Positions 8,563-18,308 of a DNA stretch of 64,000 nucleotides are shown piece after piece (position 1 is the first letter of the stretch; the number at the start of each line of letters is the position of its first letter). The stretch is from Candidatus Parcubacteria bacterium (lineage in GTDB: Bacteria; Patescibacteriota; Minisyncoccia; Phycocordibacterales; Zambryskibacteraceae). Below the pieces are notes generated by a model. It did not search any database. It saw nothing but the letters and a program-made list of their open reading frames with translations, and had not been told where the DNA came from. Both the position numbers and the translations under genes were made by a program. Location: NCBI GenBank assembly GCA_019661865.1, contig JAIFWJ010000001.1, positions 110,809 to 174,808 on the forward strand, read 5' to 3'.

Positions 8563-9857
8563 TATGGGTTCAAACGTTTAACGTCTCGAGGTAGGTATGT
8601 GGCTTCGCGGACATTGGGTAGGTCAAGGATCTTCATAATAAAGCGTCCAGGACCTATGCCTGCACCACCGTGTGGAGGGCAGCCGAAGCGGAAGAAGTTT
8701 AGGTAATCCTTGAGAGGTTCAAGGTCCATACCTTTCTCAAGGGCTTGGCTCTCTAGTATCTCTGGTCTGTGCTCACGCTTTGCGAGAGTTGTCACTTCCA
8801 CTCCGCGGAATATAAGGTCTGCACGTTGGGATCTGTCTGGATCTTCCTTTGTGCGCATATGGTAGAAGGCAGACTTGGACTTATGATAATCAGTTATAAA
8901 TACAAAGTCGTGATTATATTTCTCTTTTACATATTCAGAGATTGCTCGTTCTTCTTCGGGAGATAAATCATGCTCTTCTCCTGACTCGATCCCTCTCTCC
9001 CTCAAGATTTTCTTGGCTTCTACAATCTTCACCCGCGGGAATGGCTGAGTAGGTAGAGTGATATCAAGATCAGGGAAGGCAGCAAGTAGAGACTTGAATC
9101 CAGAAATGATCATCCCTTCTTCCATATCCATAACATCATGATGACTCTCTACGTAAGCCATTTCGAAATCCCAACCAGTAAACTCAGTCAGGTGTCTTGT
9201 AGTAAAGGAAGGTTCAGCGCGGAAAACCGGGCTCACCATAAAAACTCTTTCAAAGCCGGATGCAATACCCATCTGCTTGTAGAACTGTGGTGATTGAGCC
9301 AAGTACGCCTTACGGTCGAAATAGTCCACCGAGAAGACCTCTGCACCAGTCTCTGAAGGAGTGGACATAAATGCAGGTGGGTAAAGCTGTATGAAGCCGT
9401 TTTCATCCCAGAATTTTCTCCACCCTTTCTCGAACTCTGTCCAGACCTTGAAGATGCGAGCCTTCTCAGGTTTACGAAGGTCAAGCCATCGGTAGTCGAA
9501 GCGTAGTGGTGCCTCTGTCTCCTCTCCACCCTTCTTAGTAAACACTGGTATAGGAAGTTCGGGTGCTGCTTCAGAGATGATCTCGAGATTACTTACTTGT
9601 ATCTCTACTCCGCCGGGAGCATTCTTCTCTTCCTTCACCTGACCGGTCACTGAGACTACTGACTCGAGATGAATCTCTTTAGCCTTATCGAACATGCCAC
9701 TTTCGGGTAAGATCACAGTTTGTATAACGCCATGTATATCACGAAGGATTAAGAATATAACCTTGGACTGGATTCGGAGTGCATATACGAAGCCGCGGAC
9801 AGTTACCTCCTTGCCGGCGCACTCACAAACTTCCTTAGTATTAAAAGTTTTTTTCAT
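8562..9857 (-). CDS. aspS: aspartyl-tRNA synthetase, archaeal/eukaryotic type (likely non-discriminating)
   Basis: 431 aa class II aaRS. C-terminus GCPPHGGAGIGPGRFIMKILDLPNVREATYLPRDVKRLNP matches type-2 AspRS tails. FRAEP motif 2 region. Confidence 0.85.
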   Translation of the reverse strand: MKKTFNTKEVCECAGKEVTVRGFVYALRIQSKVIFLILRDIHGVIQTVILPESGMFDKAKEIHLESVVSVTGQVKEEKNAPGGVEIQVSNLEIISEAAPELPIPVFTKKGGEETEAPLRFDYRWLDLRKPEKARIFKVWTEFEKGWRKFWDENGFIQLYPPAFMSTPSETGAEVFSVDYFDRKAYLAQSPQFYKQMGIASGFERVFMVSPVFRAEPSFTTRHLTEFTGWDFEMAYVESHHDVMDMEEGMIISGFKSLLAAFPDLDITLPTQPFPRVKIVEAKKILRERGIESGEEHDLSPEEERAISEYVKEKYNHDFVFITDYHKSKSAFYHMRTKEDPDRSQRADLIFRGVEVTTLAKREHRPEILESQALEKGMDLEPLKDYLNFFRFGCPPHGGAGIGPGRFIMKILDLPNVREATYLPRDVKRLNP

Positions 9858-10811
9858 CTACTCGTGATGTATTAGCCCAGTCCTCTTTCTTACTTCCATC
9901 ATCTTACTATGCACTACCTGGCGCATCTTGTGTCCTGCTTCTACCACAATATCTCGTACCTTATCTCCACTCTCTTCCCATTCCTTCCTTCTCTCGCGCA
10001 TTGGGCCGATAAATGATTTAAGATCCTGAATGAGCGCTTCCTTAAGGTCTTTGTACTTGCCCCTATTCTCCTCGTAGAGTTTATCTAAACTTTCTTTGTC
10101 TCGTATCAGTGAGTGTATGGCGTAGACATTTGTCGGTACTCCCGCACTTGAGTCTGTGACGATACTCATGACAGATTCTTCTATCTCTTTGTCTGTGGCG
10201 AAGAGTGGAATGATGTTCCCGTAACTCTTACTCATCTTCTGTCCATCGGTGCCAGGTACGGTGGCTACATCTTCCAGAATAAGGGGCTCAGGGAGCTTAA
10301 ATGTCTCGCCGAATAATCTATTAAACTTCTCTCCAGTATCTCTGGAAATCTCTAAGTGCTGTTTCTGATCCTTCCCTACTGGTACCACGTCTGCGTCATG
10401 TACCAGTATGTCCGCCGACATAAGAAGTGGGTAATTAAATACTCCTGCGTTTATCTCTTTGTTCTTTGTCTCTGCATCCTTAAAGGCATGGGCGCGTTCA
10501 AGATAAGGTACCGTAGTTATACATTCGAAGATCCATGCCAATTCTGTGACATGCGGCACATCAGACTGAAGGTAAATAGTGGCTCTCTTAGGGTCTAGAC
10601 CGATGCCTAAGTAATCGAGAACTAGATCTTTAGTATTCTTCTCAAGCTCGCTCTTGTCTGTGACAGAAGTAAGAGCGTGGAGGTTCGCTACGAAGATTCT
10701 AGAGTCATATTCATTTTGGAGATCTACGAACTGCTTAAGAGCTCCGAAGTAGTTACCCAAGTGCGGCCTTCCTGTCGGTTTAACCCCAGAAACTAGTATC
10801 TTCTTAGCCAT
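9858..10811 (-). CDS. trpS: tryptophanyl-tRNA synthetase
   Basis: 317 aa. N-terminal PTGRPHLGNYFGA (HIGH-like) and KMSKS motif. Confidence 0.9.
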   Translation of the reverse strand: MAKKILVSGVKPTGRPHLGNYFGALKQFVDLQNEYDSRIFVANLHALTSVTDKSELEKNTKDLVLDYLGIGLDPKRATIYLQSDVPHVTELAWIFECITTVPYLERAHAFKDAETKNKEINAGVFNYPLLMSADILVHDADVVPVGKDQKQHLEISRDTGEKFNRLFGETFKLPEPLILEDVATVPGTDGQKMSKSYGNIIPLFATDKEIEESVMSIVTDSSAGVPTNVYAIHSLIRDKESLDKLYEENRGKYKDLKEALIQDLKSFIGPMRERRKEWEESGDKVRDIVVEAGHKMRQVVHSKMMEVRKRTGLIHHE

Positions 10812-10846
10812 GATATGGGTTTATGGTATCAGGATTGACTCTATCT

Positions 10847-10876
10847 GCCAATTAAAAAGCCGCTTGTTACAGCGGC
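10847..10876 (-). terminator. rho-independent terminator of Nudix gene (stop codon in hairpin loop)
   Basis: AAGCCGCT-TGTTAC-AGCGGCTT, an 8-bp stem. On the minus strand it is followed by TTTTTAATT. Confidence 0.55.
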
Positions 10877-11373
10877 TTGTCATCCGGCACAATTTGATAC
10901 TCGAATGGCCTTTCGAGTGAGGCCTTGCCCTTGGTGTAGTAGACGTCGCCTTTAATTCTCTGTCCTCTAAATAGCGGTGTCATCCACTCCCTATCTGCTG
11001 GCATCATCTCCTCAAATGGCAAAAACGCCCACGAGAACCAAGTGCCTGGCCCCATCTCATCTGTTTCGGCCAGTTCGCCATTCCACATGCCGTGGTTATC
11101 CTTGTAGCCGAAGAAGACGTGACACTTGAAGATACGCTCACCAGCCTCGAAGAAGTTGATTACAGCAACTCGCTTGAGCTGGTCACGCCTAAGCACTGCT
11201 CCTTGGGTTTCAGCTTTGAACTCGCGTATGGCTGTGTCGAGAATTGTTCTATCTCGCTTAATTCTCTTCCCTCCCCATCCGTTCCATAAACCTGCACCAA
11301 CCTTTCTTTTCTTTCTTGCGAGCCAAACCAAATCCCATTGTCGTGGTATGACAATCGTACATTGTACACACAT
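10867..11373 (-). CDS. Nudix hydrolase (MutT-like)
   Basis: GLWNGWGGKRIKRDRTILDTAIREFKAETQG resembles the MutT GLWEFPGGK...RELxEExG Nudix box. Confidence 0.6.
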   Translation of the reverse strand: MCVQCTIVIPRQWDLVWLARKKRKVGAGLWNGWGGKRIKRDRTILDTAIREFKAETQGAVLRRDQLKRVAVINFFEAGERIFKCHVFFGYKDNHGMWNGELAETDEMGPGTWFSWAFLPFEEMMPADREWMTPLFRGQRIKGDVYYTKGKASLERPFEYQIVPDDKPL

Positions 11374-11436
11374 AGAAATACCCTTGTTCTAGGTCTAATT
11401 AATGTTAGCACTAAATGAACCTAAGGGTTATCCACA

Positions 11437-13020
11437 CTAGCTTAATGCTAGTTCTAAGTAGAAAGTTGAGCCTTTTCCCTTCCCTTCTGACTCTGCCCAA
11501 ACCTTACCATTATGTGCTTCTATAACTGCCTTTACGAAAGAGAGCCCGTATCCAGTGCTATTCACATTAACCTTGAGAGAGTCTTTACCTCTTCCACCTT
11601 TAGTAAAGAGTCTTGGTTCATCCTCTGGATCTATACCTACTCCAGTATCTTTGATTGTGAGGAGTGCCTTACCATTATGCTTGTTTAAACTCACCTCCAC
11701 TCTTCCTTCTGGTGTATACGCTATGGAGTTTTCGACCAAGTTCCGCACAACTTCTTTAAGTTGCAGTTTATCTCCTCTAAGCTTGTATCCATCGTCCTCA
11801 GCATTAAATTTAAATTCTAGTCCTTTACTCTTAGCATTCTCACTTTGTGTCTTAATCACATCTTCAACTACGTTTCTAAAGTCTATATCTTCGAAGTTAT
11901 AAATCAGTATGCCACTCTCTGCACTCGATCCCTGAAGTACCTGTCGAACGAAGTCCACACCCTCTGTGAGAGACTTGAGACCTTCCTCAAGCATGGGCTT
12001 AGCTTCAGATTGAACAGCACCATAATCACCACTGAGAAGCTCGCTGAAGATACCTTTAGACTTTGAAAGGTACCCTTTAATCTGATGATTCATTATATGT
12101 ATAAGATTCGTCTGTCCCTCATTAGCAATTTGCAACTGTTCAGTCTGTTGTCTTTCATGAATAAGAGATCTAATTAGTTCAATACTTCCAATAAGAATTA
12201 CAATAAATGCTGTTATGTTTACTGCAACGGCACTAGTAGATTTCGAAAAGATAATATTTGCAAAACTAAAGGTAGTAACAAGAAAAGCGATGAATGTAGC
12301 CGCAGCAAGTTTTAGGTTAAACAGCTTATATTTATAGATAGAATAAGAGGTCAAACCGATAAATGGTAATAAGAATAAAGCTGCAAAAGGTATAAATCCG
12401 GTGTTATTAAATGTAACTGGTAAAACGACATTAAATAAAATAATTAAACACGCAGTTAAAAACATACCAAGGAATACAAATATTGCCTGTTTCTTTAAAA
12501 CACCTACTGCTCTGCTTGCCTTAATAGATAACATGGTTACAGCTGCAAAAAGAAGACCGAAGGCCACTATTCCAAATAAAGCAATTCCCGGTCCCCTTTC
12601 TGGGTTAGTGACCTGGCCGATAGGAGCAACATACATAACGCTGGGGAATACTAATGGGCTTAAAGTTAAAAGTGCAACCAAAATTACAGTTGGAACGATT
12701 ATATATCTATACCATCGTGGAAATTCTAAGTCCTGTTTAGGAAAAACATATGCCAGTTGAAAAAAAAGCAGAGCATGTAAAGAGGAAATAAAAAGATGAA
12801 GTCTTAAGGACCAAAGAATAAGATCGGGCGCGCGAAATTGATATTCAAAATAATTTGAAATACCCCAGATTGCAGTTAGTAATGAAAAAGCGAAAAAGGT
12901 TCTAGTTGTAATACTTTTCCTATCATTTAGGTAGACAATAACTCCTAGTAGGGCAATTGCCGCTGTTGCTATACCAACAGTTAAAAGATCAAAATTTATT
13001 AAAGTTGGATCTAAATTCAT
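11437..13020 (-). CDS. sensor histidine kinase with multi-TM N-terminal sensor domain
   Basis: About 9 hydrophobic helices in the N-terminal 300 aa. DHp His region (IHIMNHQIKGYL). HATPase_c N/G boxes (VVRNLVENSIAYT, DTGVGI, GYGLSFVKAVIEAHNGKVWAES). AT-rich. 4-nt overlap with the upstream nitroreductase gene. Confidence 0.8.
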   Translation of the reverse strand: MNLDPTLINFDLLTVGIATAAIALLGVIVYLNDRKSITTRTFFAFSLLTAIWGISNYFEYQFRAPDLILWSLRLHLFISSLHALLFFQLAYVFPKQDLEFPRWYRYIIVPTVILVALLTLSPLVFPSVMYVAPIGQVTNPERGPGIALFGIVAFGLLFAAVTMLSIKASRAVGVLKKQAIFVFLGMFLTACLIILFNVVLPVTFNNTGFIPFAALFLLPFIGLTSYSIYKYKLFNLKLAAATFIAFLVTTFSFANIIFSKSTSAVAVNITAFIVILIGSIELIRSLIHERQQTEQLQIANEGQTNLIHIMNHQIKGYLSKSKGIFSELLSGDYGAVQSEAKPMLEEGLKSLTEGVDFVRQVLQGSSAESGILIYNFEDIDFRNVVEDVIKTQSENAKSKGLEFKFNAEDDGYKLRGDKLQLKEVVRNLVENSIAYTPEGRVEVSLNKHNGKALLTIKDTGVGIDPEDEPRLFTKGGRGKDSLKVNVNSTGYGLSFVKAVIEAHNGKVWAESEGKGKGSTFYLELALS

Positions 13021-14087
13021 TTAATTTCTGCTACTTCGTTTACATTAAACCTGCTCGAATGGGCGGAGGGAGAATCGGCATGTCCAACCCTGAACATAAA
13101 GGTGATAATTTCCTCGGGCTTAATTTTAAATGCCCTACCTATATTTTCATATGCTTCCTCAATCATTGCAATCTGCTTTGAAGAAAACTTCTCAGTATTT
13201 CCTGCTCTGATTTGATACATAAAAAACAATACTCCAGTTAAAGGCTGCAGACTTAATCCAAGTTTGGTTGAAGTAAGCCATAGTCTTTCTAAAATTCGAC
13301 CAACATTAACGAAGGTTTCTGGTGAGGTACTCTTTATTGTCAAACAACCAAAGGCTCCTGTCTTTGAATTTATCTCACCATTTTGTCTACCTACAGTTTT
13401 GTAGAAACCTATCTTATTTAGAACATTTATTACTGGCCAACTTTTAATTATTTTAAAAAAAATCTTTGCAGGAGAAGGAAGTTCTAAAGTCTCAATGTAA
13501 AATCCAATTTTTTTTCTAGCATCTTCTTCTTTTGTCCAATTTAAGTGGGTAAAAAAGAAATTATGTAAATGCTTATTACTGAACATTACTCTTTCATTTG
13601 TACTCCCAGCATGACCCAAAGTTTTCTTATTATTACTATCTATCGTCATATAAAAACCTATATCCTTGTTATTAAAAATGCCTTTTAGAATATCAATTTC
13701 ATGAGAACTCAGAGGGTCGGTTTTATAAGGTTTTCTATTAGTTGATCTCATACTAATATATTGAAAAAGAGAGTCTTTTTGTGGTGAGGCTGGAGTAAGT
13801 TTAATATGTGCTACATGATTTTTGTTTGTATCAGGAAAAGTATTAACTTCAGGGTTAAATCCAAAATGTTTAGCGGCTATAGTGATATTTTCAATTGCTG
13901 CTCCATTAGCCATATATGAGGCGCACTGTTCCCAGTTGTACAATGATCTGTCTCTATCAGGTAAGTTATATACATCAATCTCATTATCAGACACAATAAA
14001 TCTCCAAGGCTGGGCGTTCTCTCCAGATGGTGCTTTTGTTCCAGCCTCAATTATTTTTTTTATATTCTCATCCATTTTATAATCCAA
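13017..14087 (-). CDS. nitroreductase-family protein with two nitroreductase-like halves (SagB/McbC- or Acg-like FMN oxidoreductase)
   Basis: N-terminal APSGENAQPWRF nitroreductase signature. 356 aa, about twice the single-domain size. AT-rich codon usage. Confidence 0.65.
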   Translation of the reverse strand: MDYKMDENIKKIIEAGTKAPSGENAQPWRFIVSDNEIDVYNLPDRDRSLYNWEQCASYMANGAAIENITIAAKHFGFNPEVNTFPDTNKNHVAHIKLTPASPQKDSLFQYISMRSTNRKPYKTDPLSSHEIDILKGIFNNKDIGFYMTIDSNNKKTLGHAGSTNERVMFSNKHLHNFFFTHLNWTKEEDARKKIGFYIETLELPSPAKIFFKIIKSWPVINVLNKIGFYKTVGRQNGEINSKTGAFGCLTIKSTSPETFVNVGRILERLWLTSTKLGLSLQPLTGVLFFMYQIRAGNTEKFSSKQIAMIEEAYENIGRAFKIKPEEIITFMFRVGHADSPSAHSSRFNVNEVAEIK

Positions 14088-15258
14088 ACATTTTTCTAAA
14101 ATTTTCTGTAATTTCTGCTCTTCTAGAAACTTGATCTGAGTTGTGGTATGTAGGATCGAGCATGCTATCCATATTTACAAGAGATCTGTTCGATTCCAGT
14201 GGCTGATTATTTAGTACTTTTCTTACTCCATACGCTACAGCGGCTCCATTGAGTAGGGCTGCACCTCCTAATTGTGGCCAAGAGACGATTGTTTTTCCCG
14301 TCTCAAGTAAAGAGCCTTGCATTCTTTCAGTAACGTTCTCAGGGCCAACTAGTTGTGTGATAGTCTTTCCAATACCAAATTTGTCCAGATTTTTAAACAT
14401 TTCTAAAGTCACTTCTCCCAATCGGCCATGAAAGAAAGGTGTGTTTGGATCTATGTCATATCTTTCAATATCTACCACTCCATTATCACCATTATCAGCA
14501 GCTTGAAGCAGAGCGATTCCATGCTTTTTACATTGTTCGCGAATTAAATATTTTATTGGAAAGCTATCTAACTCATCGATCATAATGTCCAGACCGTCAA
14601 AAAACTTATCAATGTTATTTTCTTGAAGACCCTCTGGAAAAGTTTCAACTTCAGCATAAGGGTTTATTTGGTAAATTAACCTAGATGCCATATCAACCTT
14701 AAGAATTCCTAAATTTTCAGCTCCAGAAAGTATTCTATTAGTATTGGACAAGGCTAATTTATCCATATCAGCTAGCTTCATCCTTTTTGGCCCGCCCTGA
14801 AGTACTAGAGCGTAAGCAATGTTTGAGCCAACACTTAATCCGCCAATGCCAACTGTTGCGTTATAAAAATTCTTTTGTTCCTCTAAGTTTATGAGATTTC
14901 TATTGCGATTTGTTCGAACAAGCCAAAAGTCTTCTTCCGGGAGGATGTGAACCAGTGTGGAGTTCCAAGGGAAATAAACCCATTTGCCATGTTGCCAAGG
15001 AGGAGCTTCTTTTTTTAAACTTTCGAAGTATTTACTGAATTCCTCTTTATATGTGAGAGTATAAACTTGAGATGGGTTTTTAACTCCAAAAAGCTCAAGA
15101 TGTTGTTCCTCAAAATCATCAGATACATGTTGGATTCGCTTTTCAGATAACAATTTTTCAACCTTGTTCTGATCTGATTTATGTGAAAGATCAAAAATTA
15201 TAGGTTTCGAAATAACCTTATCATTTGAAATCGACTCTAGGGCTTTTTCTAAGCTCAT
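14077..15258 (-). CDS. E1-like ThiF/MoeB/MccB-family adenylyltransferase with ~110-aa N-terminal extension
   Basis: RTNRNRNLINLEEQKNFYNATVGIGGLSVGSNIA matches ThiF-family R..R...G.E.Q...VxGxGGxGS nucleotide-binding motif. 393 aa. 11-nt overlap with the downstream nitroreductase gene. Confidence 0.65.
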   Translation of the reverse strand: MSLEKALESISNDKVISKPIIFDLSHKSDQNKVEKLLSEKRIQHVSDDFEEQHLELFGVKNPSQVYTLTYKEEFSKYFESLKKEAPPWQHGKWVYFPWNSTLVHILPEEDFWLVRTNRNRNLINLEEQKNFYNATVGIGGLSVGSNIAYALVLQGGPKRMKLADMDKLALSNTNRILSGAENLGILKVDMASRLIYQINPYAEVETFPEGLQENNIDKFFDGLDIMIDELDSFPIKYLIREQCKKHGIALLQAADNGDNGVVDIERYDIDPNTPFFHGRLGEVTLEMFKNLDKFGIGKTITQLVGPENVTERMQGSLLETGKTIVSWPQLGGAALLNGAAVAYGVRKVLNNQPLESNRSLVNMDSMLDPTYHNSDQVSRRAEITENFRKMFGL

Positions 15259-15312
15259 TTAAGTATTAAAAGTATAGCAAGGTGATGTTGTATAACAATG
15301 GAGATCTATCTA

Positions 15313-15340
15313 TTGACAATATGCAAATTTGGTGTATTAT
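15313..15340 (+). promoter_or_regulatory. near-consensus sigma70 promoter (TTGACA-16-TATTAT) driving the plus-strand gene at 15376
   Basis: TTGACA at 15313..15318 and TATTAT at 15335..15340. GAGGA SD before the ATG at 15376. Confidence 0.55.
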
Positions 15341-15375
15341 TATGTAAGTAACTGACCTTTCAATCGTGAGGAAAT

Positions 15376-15837
15376 ATGCTCAGAATCAATGCGATCTTCG
15401 TCTGCCCGACATTAGCGCTTCGCAATGCCTTGATAAAGGTTATCAGCGAAACTGGGGGTCCAACGCCTGTGCTAAGGAGCGACACTGTCTCGGCACAACG
15501 GGCACACTATCTACCAGTGGAATCTAGTACCATAATCAATCACCCAGAACCAATGATGGTCTCGGCTCTGGGCCAGCACTGTGCGTGTATTGCAATAGAG
15601 ACCGCTGATCGCTGGGCGGCAGCCGAAAAGGCTGCGGCCATTTTCAGATCAGAAGGTATTGAGGCTAGTGCACGTCATGATATTCAACCTGAATTCCCGA
15701 AAGGATTGCTGAGCTTCGTGGTGGTACCAGCACTCGAGGGAATTACACTGATGTACTGGCCCCGGCCAGAAGATCTAACACCGGATGTCATCGCGGCATT
15801 ACCGAGTCGTATTCCTTGGGAACGGCCTAGCGCTTAA
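15376..15837 (+). CDS. hypothetical protein (GC-richer gene embedded in AT-rich island)
   Basis: 153-aa ORF with strong promoter and SD. Composition differs from surrounding AT-rich genes. No recognisable motif. Confidence 0.5.
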   Translation: MLRINAIFVCPTLALRNALIKVISETGGPTPVLRSDTVSAQRAHYLPVESSTIINHPEPMMVSALGQHCACIAIETADRWAAAEKAAAIFRSEGIEASARHDIQPEFPKGLLSFVVVPALEGITLMYWPRPEDLTPDVIAALPSRIPWERPSA

Positions 15838-17336
15838 TTGCGCTGGGCTGTTTTGTTTCTTACCCACTTCTGTTTAGTGCCGGGTTTAAAGTAAGTGGGA
15901 TGTTCATATGGCCAAAAGACTATTTGGGGGGTGATGCGATCTTTAATTGTTGCTGATAGATAATGATATTCTGTACTCTTCTCCATTAATGCATCAAACA
16001 CTGCGCTTGTGACAAGTTTTTTGATATTCGGATCCTGCTCAACTCCAGGTCTTAATTCTATATTTAGCTCTAAATACTCGTTCTGTTCATTGTTGTGTTC
16101 AGTAAATAGAGTAAATTTACCAGTTATGTAATCCTCTAAAACAGGATGCTCTAGTCCAGCCTTAACATATTCAGGATAAATTATTGCACCATATAACTTA
16201 GTGGAAAGATCAGTTCTCTCGTAGATATACACAAATGGAAGTTCAGTTATGGTTTTTCTTATACCGGCTTTCTGAATTTCTTTCTCGAGATCGTAACCAT
16301 TTTGCTTAAAAATTGCCTTTATATCATCGAATGTATGTACTCCACCATTGTCCCCTATCTCATATCTGACAAGAGGTAATGCGCTCATCCCACTGACTAG
16401 AATTTTTTTGTTCTGTGATTCAAAGTTTGTAAAATCAGGGTTAAATTGAGCCAGAGTTGGAAGTCGGGTCGCATCTATGAAGAGATCTTTGTAAAGTTTT
16501 TTATTTTTAAGTGCAATCCTTCTAATTAAAATAGATAGTGGGGTCTCTTCTGCCATAGTTCCCAAATCTGCGCTACCGTATATATTCATTGTATCCCTAT
16601 AAATATTTTTGATGCCAGTCTTCTTGGCTATGTAATCTCGAAATTTCTCGGAGAAAGCTTCCGCAGCAAACACAACTTTTAAATCAAAATCTTTCCAATT
16701 GACTTCATTATTTTTTCCTTCGTCTATTACATCTTTGAGAAATGGTGGGTAACCACAAAGAATGACTTGATCAAATTTTGGAGCAATATTTCTCATTGCT
16801 TCAAAAATTTCTTTTTTATTTACACCTGGAGTAAGGATAGAGAATGGATAGCCAGCATCAGATAGATATCTAAATGCCTGATATGTGATAACTCCACCAA
16901 TCCAAACACCCATTCCGAAGCCAACAATTACTAATGTAGATTTATCTTTTTTAAGCCCGCTCGATTTAATAAATAATTCATGTAAGACTGCAGATTGAAA
17001 ATCCACGTCCTTGCTTCTTGGGAAATAGAACGGTGCACCAGTAGATCCAGAGGTGCTTGTAAAAACCATTGGTTGAGACAGTGTACCTTTGAGACAAAGA
17101 TCCTGAAGCTGGTTTCCTTTTAAATATTCAGATCGAGTAACAGAAGGAAGGTTTTTGAAATCATCAAAATTTCTGATCTTTTTTGGATCAATTCCTTTTT
17201 TGGTCAGAAAATCTTTATAGGCGGGCACCTGCTTGGAACACAGGTTGAAGAGCTCAAGTAGTTTTTTTTCGCTCTCTTTTTTCCAATAATTGCTTTTCTT
17301 ACTTTTTATCGAATTTATTACCTTTCCAGAGTTCAT
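15834..17336 (-). CDS. adenylate-forming enzyme of the PaaK / coenzyme F390 synthetase / CapK family
   Basis: TSTSGSTGAPFYFPRS P-loop-like motif typical of PaaK-type ANL enzymes. YGSADLGTMAEE (YGxTE-like). 500 aa. AT-rich. Confidence 0.6.
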   Translation of the reverse strand: MNSGKVINSIKSKKSNYWKKESEKKLLELFNLCSKQVPAYKDFLTKKGIDPKKIRNFDDFKNLPSVTRSEYLKGNQLQDLCLKGTLSQPMVFTSTSGSTGAPFYFPRSKDVDFQSAVLHELFIKSSGLKKDKSTLVIVGFGMGVWIGGVITYQAFRYLSDAGYPFSILTPGVNKKEIFEAMRNIAPKFDQVILCGYPPFLKDVIDEGKNNEVNWKDFDLKVVFAAEAFSEKFRDYIAKKTGIKNIYRDTMNIYGSADLGTMAEETPLSILIRRIALKNKKLYKDLFIDATRLPTLAQFNPDFTNFESQNKKILVSGMSALPLVRYEIGDNGGVHTFDDIKAIFKQNGYDLEKEIQKAGIRKTITELPFVYIYERTDLSTKLYGAIIYPEYVKAGLEHPVLEDYITGKFTLFTEHNNEQNEYLELNIELRPGVEQDPNIKKLVTSAVFDALMEKSTEYHYLSATIKDRITPQIVFWPYEHPTYFKPGTKQKWVRNKTAQRN

Positions 17337-17416
17337 GTATCCTGCTAAACCTGTGTTTATTAGACGACAATATTATACCAGAAATGTGGGCAAAGCGCTA
17401 GTGGCTGGGGATAACG

Positions 17417-18283
17417 TTAAAACCCTTGGCTTTTGAGCTCCTCGACCGCTTTTTTAGCCTCTCGGGAGAGTTTTTCTGGGAGTTTTACAGTGATGCGGAC
17501 ATATAAGTCCCCTCTCCTGTCCTTGGCACTGCCAGAGAATGGCACACCCTTATTCTTAACGCGTAAGATGGTGCCAGAGTTCGTGCCCTGGGGGACTCTA
17601 AGGAGTATTTCCCCATCGAGGGTAGCAATGTGCTTCTCTACCCCGAGGAGAGCCTCAGAGAGCTTCAGAGTCATATCCATGATGAGGTTGTATCCCTCTT
17701 TTCTGAAGGTTGGATGGCGGCGAACATGTACCTTTATAAAGAGGTCTCCAGGCATACCACCCTCTATAGTCTCACCCATGCCGCTCATACGGATCATCTG
17801 ACCATCATCTATACCCGGCGGCACTTGAATCTTCACTTCCTTCTGCTTCACAAGGCGACTATTTATAACTACCTTGCGCTCTGTGCCGAATATGGATTCT
17901 TGAAATGAGAGCTCAATGTCTACGGCAATATCTCTACCACGACGCACACGTTTTCCGCCGAATATAGATGAGAGTATGTCGCTCAGATCTCCGGGGTCGA
18001 AGCCCTGGCCCGAGAAGTTTGAGAAGTCGAAGCCGAAGTCCGATGGATTGAACCCGCCTTGGAACCCACTGTTTGCATCTGCTGAGCCGAAGGTGTCATA
18101 CTGCTGCCTCTTCTTTTTGTCTCCTAATACTGAGTAGGCCTCATTGACCTCCTTGAACTTAGCTTCGTTCCCAGTCTTCTTGTCTGGGTGATACTCGTGA
18201 GCAAGCTTTCTGAAAGCTTTTTTTATATCGTCCTCACTTGCCCCTTTAGGAACTCCTAGAATTTTGTAATAATCTTTCGCCAT
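17417..18283 (-). CDS. dnaJ: J-domain co-chaperone DnaJ/CbpA-like (no Zn-finger repeat)
   Basis: N-terminal J domain (DYYKILGV…HPD). G/F-rich linker. C-terminal substrate-binding domains. 288 aa. Confidence 0.85.
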   Translation of the reverse strand: MAKDYYKILGVPKGASEDDIKKAFRKLAHEYHPDKKTGNEAKFKEVNEAYSVLGDKKKRQQYDTFGSADANSGFQGGFNPSDFGFDFSNFSGQGFDPGDLSDILSSIFGGKRVRRGRDIAVDIELSFQESIFGTERKVVINSRLVKQKEVKIQVPPGIDDGQMIRMSGMGETIEGGMPGDLFIKVHVRRHPTFRKEGYNLIMDMTLKLSEALLGVEKHIATLDGEILLRVPQGTNSGTILRVKNKGVPFSGSAKDRRGDLYVRITVKLPEKLSREAKKAVEELKSQGF

Positions 18284-18308
18284 GTGATTAGCTTATAGGT
18301 TCTTGGTA

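Noticed and set aside
13017-15258. Calling the E1-like/nitroreductase pair a TOMM (thiazole/oxazole) cluster
   Set aside because: No YcaO cyclodehydratase and no Cys/Ser/Thr-rich precursor ORF are visible in or around the island. Kept as an analogy only.
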